Shown here piece by piece: positions 13,487 through 26,438 of a stretch of 64,000 nucleotides of DNA (position 1 is its first letter; each line of letters begins with the position of its first letter). Under the pieces are notes generated by a model. It saw nothing but the letters and a program-made list of their open reading frames with translations, was not told the origin of the DNA and did no database searches. The DNA comes from Marsupella aquatica (lineage: Eukaryota > Plantae > Marchantiophyta): the NCBI GenBank assembly GCA_973895155.1, contig OZ316893.1, positions 15,344,645 through 15,408,644 on the forward strand, read 5' to 3'. Made by a program: the position numbers and the translations under genes.

Positions 13487-13830
13487 TGTTGAGCATAGAC
13501 GACATTTGTAACGGCAAGCCCATGAACCATCCAATGCACAATAGTCGACACAGAGAGATACGTGGTTCACCTCCACATGAGGCTACGTCCACGGGAACAC
13601 ACAAGAGCTTTATTGCACTCTAGGCCGACCGGCCATACCAAGCATCCACAGCACAAGCTCTCCGTATCTCTCAACTAGCTCCGTAACAATGAGCCTAAGT
13701 TCCACCAGGGTCTGGCATCAGCCCTGGCTATATGCACAACAGCACTACCGCTAACATTAGCTAAGTCCTAACCCGAGTTAGACTAACTGTGGTTAGCTCA
13801 TGAGTCACAAGACTAGAGCAATATCTAACA
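13487..13830 (-). repeat. 5' LTR of Copia-1
   Basis: 344 bp, TG...CA, followed by TSD GTAGG. Confidence 0.97.
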
Positions 13831-14818
13831 GTAGGGATGAGTTACCGAGCATAAAACCCAAGTGCATTTTTTAACCATTATTTTCATTATTTTTTAACCA
13901 TTCATTTCATTTTTACAGAGCACAAGTCTCATTTGTCACTATTTGGCACTTGCACCTCAAGATATGTCTCATTCAAATTTGAGAAACCCCAGGCCAGGCT
14001 GGCACAGAGGTTCCGTGGCCTCACCCGGGGGCAATGCCTCATAACCATGTATAGACATACAAAGAAACAAATTTACGAGGGGTTTTTGTGTGCACTTGTG
14101 ACATACAACTGAGATGGGAGATTGAAAGAAGAATAGTACTGAATTAGAAAACATTCAATCTATTAGTGGCCTTATCTTGCAGGTCAAGGAGGGCAGATCA
14201 GTAATAGTGGGTCTGACAAGCTGGGGTGAGAGTAGTGAGTACAAATTGGCTCTCACTATTGATCACACATGAGGCTATGTTGGTGTGAGTGTTGATATTG
14301 GAGTCAAAAGCAACTGCTCATATATTAAGTCAAAATACAGAGCCCTTCTTTGAGCTCAAACCTCATTCTTTGATTACCATGATTGCAATATTTTGATGGT
14401 AAGAGCAACCGCACCGGTGGTTGCTAAAAGCTCCATGTATGCCAAATACCACAAATATCCGGGCCCACAGCATTTTCACTCTCGCACCGGTCCACCGAAT
14501 CCCTAAACCATTATCGGGGCGCCTCCAAACAGCATTTCCCGACCGCCACTTTTGGGCATTTTCCAGGGCGCAAAATTTCTTTTGCCTTCACTGCCAAAAC
14601 AAATCAACGCTTGTAGTGCAACCAGATGTCGCGCATCTATTCACTATCCCCTCCCGGCCATGCGCTGCTGCAAGGGACCATCGACATTCGGGAGGGGAGA
14701 CCAGTTTCGTCAGATCGCACAATGTGCACAGTCCTCTCTTGCTCTTTCACGTTCTACGTCTGGTCCATACTCACAGTACTTTGACACTGTGCACAAGGAT
14801 CGTCTGTCATCAGTACAC

Positions 14819-15804
14819 ATGGCTGTCCAGAGAGGGAAAAACTTTAGTGCTGGAGTTGAAACAATTGTGTTTCAGCTACCTCGACATCTCACAAGATCCT
14901 GCGTAGGTTCTGGCCAAGGATTCTTTTTGGGAAAGGGTGGGGGAGCATTACGAGAAGAACAAGCCACGAGGAGCAGAGTACAGAACACCAAAGTCTCTTG
15001 AGAGCAAGTGGGGAGGAATCCGTCACAATACTGCTAGATTCATTGGATGCTTCCAAGCTGTGGAAGACCTCAACATTTCCGGAACCAATGTCGAGGACAC
15101 CTTAGAGAAGGCACAAGAGTTATACAAGCAACTACATGCAAAGGGAAAAGCATTTGCATTCACAGAGTGTTATTACGTTTTGAAAGATTGCCCAAGGTGG
15201 GCAATGCCATTCGATTCAATGGCAAAGACGAAGGCCAAGACCAAACAGACCCCAGTGAGGAAGGAGCCCAGGGAATTGCATGACCTCGCAGACAAGGAGA
15301 ACGACCCTCCATCACTCAAAAATACTACACAGGGATCACCAGAGAAGAGTTCCAACGATTGTGCAAGCACACAAGGCTTTGACAGCAAGAGGCCAGCAGG
15401 AAGCACAATTTCAAAGGAAGCAGCCAAAAAAAGCAAGGACTCAAGAAGATTCCCTCAAGGTGTCAGCTGCTGCTCAGAAGATTATGGCCGAAAATGGACG
15501 AGAGGGATTGAGAATATTGCAGGGTCAGTCCTTGATGAACATGTTCACAATGCCCACTCACATGATGGACCCGGAGGAGCTGGAATTCTGGAAAATGTTT
15601 AAAAAGCAAGAGATGACCAGGGTGAGAGAGAGGATGGCTCAGCATGCAAAACCAGCTTCCCCCACTCCTGCCCCTACTACTTCACGGACCACTTTGCCAA
15701 TTCCTACGGCATTTGATGAAGAATTGGAACAACCTGAAGTAGTTCGAGACACTTTTGAAGATGACATTGTGACAGACACTTTTGACTTAGGGATAGCCCA
15801 ATAA
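14819..15804 (+). pseudogene. Harbinger ORF1 (Myb/SANT-like + NAM-associated domain), frameshifted
   Basis: Across frames: MAVQRGKNFSA..LKQLCFSYLDISQDP..GEHYEK..SLESKWGGI..LYKQ..AFAFTECYYVLKDCPRW..KRPAGS; typical of Pong-like ORF1. Confidence 0.85.
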
Positions 15805-16296
15805 GTGAGAACCAGGGTGAAGTTATTTCCTCGGTTCTCACTCTTTTGAGAATAGAAGTTCCCACTAGGTGGGGTTTGTGAGTAGTTTAATTTTGCTTTT
15901 TCTGTTAATACTGTTTTTTCTGTTGGAATTGCTTTTCCTGTCAAATTTTTTGTCAATGTGCAGAAATTAGAAGGTTTTATTAGCTTCTGTTCTGCGCTCA
16001 CCATCTACTAGAAGATCTGGGTGTAGCTCAAGATGAACATGGGATCTTTCCATAGTTCTGATTTATGTAATCTACAAAAAGTATATGGAATTTTTGAGAC
16101 ACAATTTTCAAGACGTTGTTGAGACAAGAACAGAAATTCTTCTAGACATTACATGTGTTTGATTGACAGTAGAAAGCAATTGCAGTGGATCTTGTGCAGT
16201 GAATTGGCAATACAAAGCAATATTGGACACAATGTGCACACTTTTTATTAATTGCTTGGTCAATGAAAAATGGTACATCAGAATTTGATACTCTAG

Positions 16297-17626
16297 CTAC
16301 CGGTTCATTGATCGAACCCATTCTGCTAGTCGGTCTTCACATTTTCTCTTCCATAGGTGTTCAATGAGATCATTTGGCAACTGGTAATGACATTTCTTGC
16401 TTTCCAGCTCTTCAGTAGCTTTCAAATAATCCTTCCATGGCATTCGGCCTCTACATACTTGCAATCTGGGCTCAACCATTTGAAAGTCTCATGCTCCTCG
16501 CCCCTTTCATTTCAATAATCATGTTATGAAGCATAATGCATGCAGAGAGGATGTCTGTGACTCGTTGCAAGTGCCACGACCTTGCAGGTTGCCTTACAAT
16601 TCCCCATCTAGCTTGCAACACACCAAAGGCTCATTCAACATCCTTTCTGCAGCCCTCCTGAGCTTTGGCAAACAAACTTTTTTTTTGTCTGGGGACTGTG
16701 AATTGTTGTGACAAAACAGGACCACTTTGGATATATCCCATCTACAAGTACGTAAGCCCTCTTGTACTCTCTGTCGTTGATAGTATAGCTAGGACAATGA
16801 TATTGCTCATGAAGGAATCATTGACCAAAGGACTCCTGTCCAAGACATTGAGGTCATTGTTGCCTCCGGGAAGCCCAGAAAAGGCATGCCAAATCTAGAG
16901 CTCCTGGTCAGCAATGGCTTCCAAGACAATCAATTTGTTGCCGTCCTTGTCGGTAAATTGGCCTTGCCATGCCACTGGACAGTTTTTCCATTCATAGTGC
17001 ATGCAATCAAGGGAGGCAAACATCCCTGGAAACCCTTGCTTCTCATTAATGGCAACAAGCCTCAAAACATCTGAGACAGAGGGCTTCTCCAAGTATTCAG
17101 ACTCGAACAAAATTCAAATTGCTCTTGTAAATCTATACAGGGACTTCCTAGCAGTGCTTTCACCCAATCTACAATAATCATCTGTACAGTTTGCTCCAAT
17201 TCCTTGGGCAAGTTGCCGAAGAGCAGCAGTGATTTTCTATAGGCCAGACAGCCCATTCTTTTTTGCTGCATCTCGCCTTTGCTGGAAGAATTTGTCATGT
17301 GCAACAATGGCCTTATAAATTTTGTCAAAAAGCCTAGGAGTCATCCTAAATCTTCTCCGGAAATCCACAGTATCATGTGTCAAATTTTCAGCAAAGTAGT
17401 CGTCCCAAATCATTTGGTGCCCTCGCTCTCTCTTATCCTTGTTGGGCCGTTTGCTAGGGACAGATCCACCTCGTCTTTGATTCTGCAGTGTGTTGTGATT
17501 GCATAGGTTGGACATTGGTCCTGTGAAAATTGCCTCTTCCCAAAATGCCTGCTCGTCCTCTTCATCCTGGAGGTCATTCTCCATCTGCTTTTGGAATTTC
17601 TGTTGCCACTCTTCAATTTCGTCCAT
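16297..17626 (-). pseudogene. Harbinger DDE transposase (Plant_tran-type), degenerate
   Basis: IWDDYF..FRRRFRM..FFQQRRDA; GFPGMFASLDCMHYEWKNCPVAWQGQF..IVLEAIAD; GLPGGNNDLNVLDRSP; LHNMI; NDLIEHLW; several stops and frameshifts. Confidence 0.93.
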
Positions 17627-18407
17627 GATTCATCAGCACAAGCCAAGAATAGACAAAGAATTGCAATTCAAGAAGGCGACACAATGTTTCAATTCTTGGG
17701 CTCGCAGTGCACATCGACTTCACACATCGACTTCACACGATGTTTCAGAAGTAGACCTTGTTCGTCGTGGTCGCAGGAGAGCTTCTCGTTGTGGTGCTGG
17801 GCCCGGTGCTGGGGCAAAAAGTATGGTTTGAACTGGACAAGTGCTGGTTCGAACTTGGGTTAAAGAAGTTTGGCGGCCTGCAGACTCTCGACCGGTGCAA
17901 CGGGGAGGCAGGCTTTGGGCCGGCAAATGCTACAGGCCAATTAATTGGCCCGAAGAATTTCCCTTTACAGGAGTTGGACCGGAAAACCGGTGCGGTTGCT
18001 CTAAGTGGCACGAGGAGCATCTGCACAAATTTTATGGGTGTGAGGTAGCACATTCCACTTTTCCAAGCTGCTTTGGGGGCCTCAACCTATGGATCCAGGA
18101 ATGGCAGAACTTGCCTTGCACCGACCGCACCATTCTGGGCCTGAAAATTGAGTTGGAGGCATTCAAGAATCGGTTGGAGACATTCAAGAAGGCATTGAAT
18201 TTGATGCAACAGATGGAGATATGAATGTTGAATTGGAAGAAGAGGAAGTTTTTGGGAGGAGACATTGTTTATAGGACCGAGGGTCATTGCCTGGCAAGAG
18301 TGACAATAAAGATTGAAGGACAGAGTGTGGGCACCACATAATTCTGGAATTGGAATTTTATTTTTATTTGAAAACATTATGCAGCGTACTGGATTATCAC
18401 TTTGTAG

Positions 18408-18675
18408 CAAACTTTACATAAGATGATACTGATTTCCAAAGAAGGTCCAGGATGAGCAGGAGACTCTTTGGGAATATCGTCTCTGCATTTGACATGTGCC
18501 TATGACCATTTTTCCAACATAGACACTATGCTACCATGAAAATCAAACTTTACATAAGATGATACATATTTCCAAAGAAGGTTCAGGATGAGCAGGAGAC
18601 TCTTTGGGAATATCTTCTCTGCATCTGTGCCTATGACCAATTTTCCAATATAGACACTATGCTACCATGAAAATC
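18408..18675. repeat. Tandem duplication, ~135-bp unit x2
   Basis: caaactttacataagatgata...ctatgctaccatgaaaatc repeated with a few substitutions and small indels. Confidence 0.85.
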
Positions 18676-19572
18676 AGACCATCCGGCCTCTAGAAGATCA
18701 CTGCAGCTTTGAGGTTGCACTAGGGGTTGAATCTCCTTTTCTGCCTTGAGAACAAATAGGAATCTTGGGCTCACCACAATGGCACCCAACTATGATGCTG
18801 TCCACTTATACTGTGCCATTCAATGACAGCTTTGAAATTTCACCGTGTCTGGGCTCCACCACGAGTTATTGTAATGCAATTTGCAGGAAGGATAATTTCC
18901 TATGATCCAAATTGTACAGCAATGTTGGTTGCCAAAATCCATCGTGTTCCACAAACTTTCCTTGTTTTCCTCATTCATGATCAACATTTTTGAAAGGAGT
19001 CCTTCTTTAGTTTGCGAGCGACGAACCAGTTTGGTAGATGGTTGCAGCTCTTGAGCCTCAAGGAATTTTTTGACAGTCCACCTTTTGAGTTCAGCTGGGG
19101 AGGTATGATCATCCCCTTCAAGTCCTACACTCGGACCCCCTATGCCCCTGTGCCAGCAGCCTCCACCCAACCCAAACCTCCTACATTTGTGCATAATTAT
19201 GTTCCTTTTGCGATTGTTGGGGACCCTCAATTCTATCTGGCCCTTTGATCTACCAGGGGTTTTTCCTATGTTTCTCCCCTTCATTGGGTCTCCTCCCTTG
19301 GGAATCATGTGTCCAAGTTTGAAGGTGTTTTGTTTGTTGGCACTGTGATATATAATTGAATACTTATGGCATAGTGCAACCCTTCTGTAAGTGCACCCCG
19401 GAGGTTTCTTTGGCACATTAAAATAGTTGAGTGCGCCAAACAGAACTGAAATGTGGTTTCCCGTCACAGGAAAGCAGGGAAGGGGGGTGGTTGGAATTCT
19501 CTAGCGGTGTGCCCGAGACTGCACGAGGTTTGTCGGACAAGGTACAAAGGGTACAGAACTAGATTGCGTCAA

Positions 19573-19648
19573 CGTGTTCGTATACAATTTGCTGTGCATG
19601 GGAATATTGTCGTGTTCGTATACAATTTGCTGTGCATGGGAATATTGT
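19573..19648. repeat. Perfect 38-bp tandem duplication
   Basis: cgtgttcgtatacaatttgctgtgcatgggaatattgt x2. Confidence 0.9.
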
Positions 19649-22034
19649 TTTGAAGGTATGTGATGCTGTCCAAATAAGCAAAATTACCCACTGAATTGTC
19701 CAAGAAAACACCGGATCAGTTCGCATGACAACTATTTGGTACACACCACGAGTGCAGTTTATGGCCCTGCCATGAGATTTTTAAAGCATTCCTTTGAGTC
19801 GAAGTCGAAACATTTATTCTTCTTCTTTTTCAAATGCATTCTTTACTGACAAATGTATACTTTGCTTTCAGTTGAACATATTTTGACACATCTCTGATGC
19901 CAAAGGAAAGAGCTCCTCCCTTTGTTGGGTCCTTTTCTGATGTCTTGCCTCATTCTGTGCTTGTCGTCCTGCACTTGCGCTCATGGGATACAATGTCGTC
20001 TTGCTTGCACCATCGAGACTTGTAGGTCCCCTTCACTGCTTTGACATTGAGATCATGACGGAGTGCAACCCCATAATAACAAACCGGCCTGGAATTAAAG
20101 TAAAGTTTCATGAATAACCTGCTTGACTTTACGTCCGATAATTCCAGGCCGTGGCTTGGAACTTGGTGGCTTGGTCTGGCAATTAAAGCACCTACAGGAA
20201 TGCCGGGTATTAACCTCTGCTGTCATAATTACGAAGAATCTGATTGACGCTGACATTTGCAGTTGAGTACAGTCCCAGGTAAGCTATCTGGTCTCGTAAT
20301 TCGAACGAGAGTCAACATTATTAACTAGAGCCACAGGTGGATAATTATACTTCCGCAGAGGAAGAAAACAACCACTCCAAAAACACTTTTGAGATGCCAT
20401 ATGAATAGTGGCTTGAACTTTTAAGATGCCATGGAATAGTATCTTGCACTGGAATTTAGACAGACTCTGCTAATGAACTGTTGTTCCAAACCTCGCATCG
20501 ATTACTGTACTGTGCCCTCTGCCCACTTCGTTGTCCTCACGTGACCTGCAGGGTTCCACCGAATCTTGGAGGACCTCGATTGCAGAGCAGACTCACAGCG
20601 AACGTAATTCACGCATTATCTTTGGCTCAGCTGCGCTTACAAGCCATTCATAAGGGGCATAAAGTACTAATAACAATGACTGAGGATATGAAAACATCAC
20701 TCCAACAAAAGAACGTAAAGTGTAACTGTGACAAGAGGCGGGACAAGGATGCGATCATAGTGTGACACCGAAATGCCTTTTCTTTACCACGAATTCAGAT
20801 ACTCGAGCATGATGGGGGTTTAAAATATAATATCAAAGAGTGACTACACCCACAAAATTTGGTAAAACTACGAAATGGAACCCCTTGATCTATCCCTGCA
20901 CAAGCGCCAGTTATCCCTATCGTGGAGATAATGTTTCTGTTGTTGAAGAAAATTAGCAAGCCCAGTAGCACTCGATGGAGTGCCGTGCTGAACGATGTGG
21001 AGACCTCCGTAGGTGCTAGCTGACTGTATCGTAATAAAACTAGGGTTTGCTGGATTGGACTTTATGCCAGGCAGACTGCGACTACAGGGATATACAATTT
21101 GCTCTTGAACGAAAGACCAGTGTGAGAATCAGAGCATCCGTTTGGGAAGATGCAATAGGAGGGAACTCCCAATTGTCCACTATGCTCTGTGAAGTCTGGT
21201 TTCGTCATGTGAACTTAGGAAAGGGTTCAAAAGCAGCAAAGCGAAGGCAAGGCAAAGCGGATGATCGATGACATAATTCACGAACAAGCAAGAGCGCTGA
21301 CTGACTAACAAGTGGCTGAGTGACCAAAAGGCCCAGCACGAAAGAAACTTATTTGGATCGAACACATAGGTTAATTCTAAAACGGAAGATAAATTGAATT
21401 GATGTAGCACTGACACGCCTACTCAAGGTTAGCACATGTGGAATGAACACATGGCCAATAAATTTGCTCTCGTCTAGTTAATGGTACCTTTAAAACTTAA
21501 AAAGATTGAACATTGGCACCAAAATGTTGGAGGTCAAAGAAAAATAGAATCTGAGCCCAGTCTTTTTGCACACAGTGTAAACAATTGAGTGAAGGTTTCT
21601 CGCGATATCATCAAGTTGCTCTGTTTGTTGTCTCTCTGACACGGGAGGTCAAACGTTGAGGAGCACAACGGGACGACCCGTCCTCGCCGCTCAGTTGTAT
21701 AATTACAAGGAGATTGACGTGTAGCTATGGTGTGTGGCACACACGGGGACAAAGAATGCAGGGCGAGGTAGAGAGGAAAGAAACCTTATCTCTCTGTGTC
21801 GAATGGAAGCTGGAAGCACCCAAAAATCACTCTTTCTCAGCTTTGACTTACATTGAGGGAGGAAGCCCTTGTCTACTACAGGATGGGAAAGCTAAATGCA
21901 CTCCTCCAGAGTCATACACTGTATCAAAAAGGTGGTCGATAGGTGAAAAAAACGTTTAGAAGAGATCCGAACCGAATTGTAGCAACATAACCTGTCGTTG
22001 CAGTTGTATTCAGAGCGATGCAGAAGGTTCTTCT

Positions 22035-25000
22035 TCAAGGGGATGCGGCGACGGAGGCAGTCGCCGATGCAGGAGCGGAAGTAGGAGCAGATGCGTCCCT
22101 TGATGTAGTCAGAGACGAGTTGCCAGATGATTTGATAGACTCTAAAACCTGGACTACTTCGGCCATAGTGGGGCGCTTCGAAGGATTCTGTGACGTGCAA
22201 ATGAGACCCAGCTTGAGCACCTGCATGATTTCGCTTTCTGCAACGGCATCTAGCCTAGGATCAATGCAAGTGCTGACCCTTCCACCGTGCTCTAGAGCAG
22301 TCCTCACAAATTCACCGAGCACAACGACGCTGTTCTCGAAGCTCTCGACGGGTTGTCTCCCAGTTACTAGCTCGAGGAGCACCATGCCGAAGCTGTATAC
22401 ATCGCATTTCTCGGTGAGTCGTAGGCTTTGGCAAGCCAGCTCAGGGGCCACATAGCCCAACGTGGTGTGGAACTTTCTGCTGGAAATGTAGGTGTCCAGC
22501 ATGGGGAGCAGCTTCCCAAGTCCGTAGTCCGTCACTGTGGGCTCAAAGCCCTCATCCAACAGCACATTGGAGACTTTCAGGTTGAAGTGGAAGACCGGCG
22601 GTTTGCAATCATGGTGGAGAAACGCAAGCCCTCGTGCAGTTCCCAGGGCAATCCTGAATCTTCGCCTCCAGGTGAGGGAAGTGTGTGCGCCGCGGTCTTC
22701 GTGCAAATGGTAGAAAAGGCTGTCGTTGGGAACGAAATCCGTGAGGAGAAGCTGCATAGCGGAAGACCAGTAGTAACCCTGTAGAGGAACCAAATTGGGA
22801 TGCGGCTTAAGATTGCCAAGCAATCCCATCTCGTGCTCGAAATCCTCTTGGTTCTTAATTCGCCCCAGAGTATCCAATTTCTTCACCGCTATCGATTGAC
22901 CCCCTTCAAAAGTGGCCTTATAAACTGTACCCAGAGAGCCTTTCCCAATCATGCAGTCTCTGTCGAGAAGTGCTTTCGTTCCTGCCTCCCAGTCTTCGTA
23001 TCTGGAAGGGAGGCTTTTACTGAACAACACCAGCTTGCCGACAAGAGGACTGGCGTCAGGTGATGGCGGTGAGCTTTCGTACACCAGAACATTACTCTGG
23101 CTGCGTGAACGCACAGCCCTCAGGTTCATAAGACTCACAATCAGTATACCTATCGCTATGAAGGCAGCAGCAGAGATGGCAACGATGGAGGACGTGCTCA
23201 ACAGATGGGTTTTTCGTGTCTCACCTCCTCCAGAACCGGAGGGTACAGGAACGACTGAAGCACAGATGACGTTGAGCGGAAAGCCACAAAGGCCCGCATT
23301 TCCCAAAAATGAACTGATGTTGAAGTGCACTAATGCCCCAGTTCTTGGGATAACCCCTGTGAGATCATTGTACGAGAGGTTCAAGTGCGTGAGACTGGAG
23401 AGAGATCCCAGAGACGATTGAATTTGACCCGTGAACGAATTGTTCGACAGATCCATATTCTGCAGCTTGGTCAAGTTTCCCATCCCGGCGGGAATGGTAC
23501 TATTCAACTTGTTCACACTCAGATTAATTGCGGTCAAATTCTGGAGGGTGGTTAGAGATTCAGGGATGCCCCCTGTAAGTTCGTTGTTTGATAAATCCCT
23601 GCAGCATCACAAACAATGTAAACCCACCCTTCAGAATTGGTCAAATGAGCACCAAGATAGGTATCAAGATATCGGGTTCCTCCGAGAAATTGAAAGATGG
23701 ACGTTGAATTGCATTTTATCGAAAGCGCACGAGGTCCGATCACACAGGGAAGGCAGGCTGCTCTAGGTAGAAGACTTACAGGATGGAGAGTAATTGTAGT
23801 CTTGCCAAGAAGTCCGGTAGGCCTCCGGAGAGCTTCATATTGTGTAAGCTGAGAATCTGTAGCTGATCGAGCCCTCCAATTTCAGGAGGGATAGGACCAG
23901 AGATACCATTCCCGTCCAGTGATAAGTAAGTAAGTTTCCTCAAATTTCCAACCTGAGACGGCAATCTCCCTGTGAGACTGTTTAGGCTCAAGTCCAACGT
24001 GTTCAGGTTCATGAGCAGGCTCAGATCTACAGGTATGGATGACGACAGCTGATTGGATGAGAAATTGAGGCCTTGAAGCTGCGTGCACGCTCCAAGGCTG
24101 GATGGAATGGGACCGGAAAATTTATTCCCAGAAAGGTCTAACACGCGCAACATTCCGCAGGAGTCACCGATAGGAGCCGGAATTGCCCCAGAGAAGGCGT
24201 TGCCTGAAAGATTCGAGGTCAGCAAATTACGCATGAACAAGACGCTTGAATTGACATTTCCGCTGAGGAAGTTATGTTGCACACTTAGAGACCTGAGAGC
24301 CGTGAGGAGACCCAGTTCACCTGGTAGACTCCCTGATAGTGAATTCGCGCCCAGATTCAAGGTCTGAAGGGAAGCGCAGTTGCCTAAGGCACTGGGGATT
24401 ATGCCCGAGAGATAATTGTGGTCCAGTGACAGCCAAATTAGTTGCCGCAGACTCCCCAGCTCCCCTGGAATAAAGCCCTGAAGACTATTGTTGGAGAAAA
24501 TTATTCCACTAAGAGCTGAACAAGAACCCAGAGTTGTAGGGACCGTCCCAGATAAACTATTGTGCGAAAGATCAATGTATCTGAGCCTACGGCAGTTCTG
24601 GAAAAGCTGAGTAGACAGTGTCCCCGACAGCGAATTCCCCGACAGGTCCAACATTCGCAATCTGTTCAAGTTACCCAAAGAGCTAGAAATGGACCCTGAG
24701 AGAGCGTTTAGGCTTAAATTCAGCTTGAACAGGGCGTTGACCTGTGACAACTGAGGCGGAATGCCTCCTGTTAAAGAGTTTTGAGACAGTGAAAGCGTCC
24801 TCAGTAGCGAGAGTTGACCGAGAGAACCTGAGATTGTCCCTGCTAGCCCGGCACTGTTGATACTTAATCCCACTACTCTCGACAGGATATCGCAGGAAAC
24901 ACCCCTCCAGCGGCACGGAGTGACGTCCCCTATATTCCAGTTCGTGAAAATACCGTTCGGATCACTGGTGATCCCATTTCTAAATGCGTACAGAGCAATT

Positions 25001-25092
25001 CCTTCAGCGTTCACGATGGCTCCCGCATTCCCTATGAATTGAAGAGAGAGAACAGCGAATAAAATTAGGGAATAGAAGTCAATCCTTTCCAT
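22035..25092 (-). CDS. LRR receptor-like kinase, LRR-VII type (At1g12460-like), probably catalytically atypical
   Basis: Exon 1 25092-23780 (an in-frame upstream ATG exists at 25134): signal peptide, W..C.W.GV.C cap, plant LRRs. Intron 23779-23599 (GT-AG, frame kept: IL|DLSNN). Exon 2 23598-22035: LRRs, GNAGLCG, TM helix, GKLVLFSKSLPSRYEDWEAGTKALLD, kinase with HFNLK and DYG. Confidence 0.95.
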
Positions 25093-25175
25093 TCTGCATT
25101 TCCATCTCCTCGCTGATGAATAACCACTTGTCATGGTCCCGAACGTCCTTCGATAAAGAACAACTGCTGTTCCAC

Positions 25176-26438
25176 CTGCACGAAACCAAAGCCCCCAAGG
25201 AACGAATTCCAGTCAAGTCCACCGCCCTACTATGATGACGTTTGGACCACCTCGATTTATGCTGGGGTGACCCAGAAGTCTCGAACTCCATGCCTTCATT
25301 TCCCGGTGCATTCTTCGTCCTCTACATGGTTTTCGTCCAATGCGCACTGCGAACAGAGACCACCATGAAACACAGTTATTGAATGAGAATTCGGATTCTC
25401 TCATGCCTATCCCGTTTGCAAGACAAATAGATCTCGCGCACATTTCTGAAGAAACGGAAGAGCTTGTCTGAACCAGTGCATTCGAGCGAACCACGCGCAA
25501 GCAGGAATTATGGAAACAAGTGAAAATGATGAAATTTCCTAAACCCGCATCAGTTGCTGGTGAGAAAAATTCTTCGAAACTGGAGAGATAGGCAAACTCA
25601 CGAGCGCAGGGAAGTAATAGAAAAATCGTTCGCAGATGTGCCAGACAGGTTCATCCCCGACATTGATTACATTCACGAGACAGACCATCATGAGAGACCC
25701 GCCACAAGCCCGCCCCCACGTTAAGCCTTTCAGAATCCAATGCTGCTGTCAAGACAATCGAGCGTCCTATTCTTAGACATTTTCGGCTCCTCCCACGGTA
25801 CGAGGTTCTTCCGCCGAATCTTCAGGCAAGCCGACAGCTTCTGCAATAGGCCTTCTGACATTTGTTTCCAACCCAAAGTACCACACTCAAAGTGCCGCAA
25901 ATCGAGCCAAGTTTCAGGGAGGGAGTCTCGCAATCTGGCTCCTCTAAACGACAAATGTGGAACCGGATCTCACTCCCACTTTCACTACTTCATGTAGACA
26001 GGTCATTCGCGCTGCTTCCTGCTTCATGCTTCCTTACTTTTGCCTAGTGGCAGCTCACCTTACCATGATACCATCCATCAGGCATCACCCTTCCCTATTC
26101 CGCGGTAATAAGTTGGATTCTCCTCATTCACACACCAGCACCTCACAAACTCCCGGGAAGGAAGTGACGCGCTTCCTAGGAAACCATTCCACTGACCACC
26201 AAATGGTCAACTCCAGGAGTCTCAAACTGTCACCGCCACCAGACCAGAACAGCACAGACCAAATCGCGAAATGCCATGACAGCTTCAGGATTCAAAGAGC
26301 TACCATCGTTGCCTGTCGCCTCTCTCTCAGTCTGTCTCTCTCTACGTCTGTCTGTCATTCGAGGAACAAAACGGCGGCTACAGTTCAGCACATTCGCCAC
26401 GGATAATGAACGGATAGATTCACAGACACTTGACTTAC
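25176..26438 (-). other. Putative 5'-UTR intron of the LRR-RLK
   Basis: Minus-strand donor G|GTAAGT at 26438 and acceptor TTTCGTGCAG|G at 25176, 42 nt upstream of the first in-frame ATG; splicing is inferred, not shown. Confidence 0.45.

Larger units (their letters stand above)
7739..13830 (-). mobile_element. Full-length Ty1/Copia LTR retrotransposon (degenerate, 6.1 kb)
   Basis: Two 344-bp TG...CA LTRs; 5-bp TSD GTAGG (7734-7738 / 13831-13835); PBS and PPT present; domain order gag-PR-INT-RT-RH on the minus strand. Confidence 0.97.
14403..18001. mobile_element. PIF/Harbinger (Pong-like) DNA transposon #1, 3.6 kb
   Basis: Perfect 16-bp TIR GAGCAACCGCACCGGT (14403-14418 / 17986-18001); TAA TSD (14400-14402 / 18002-18004); encodes ORF1 and transposase remnants. 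Confidence 0.95.

Noticed and set aside
19500-19562. Possible Helitron 3' end (CTAG at ~19559)
   Set aside because: No clean GC hairpin, the next base is A rather than T, and no matching 5' TC end was identified
19898-19918. TGCCAAAGGAAAGAGCTCCTC resembles miR399
   Set aside because: Only the first 10 nt match well and no convincing miRNA* arm is present
22018-24916. Plus-strand ORFs overlapping the RLK
   Set aside because: Antisense shadows of the real minus-strand CDS
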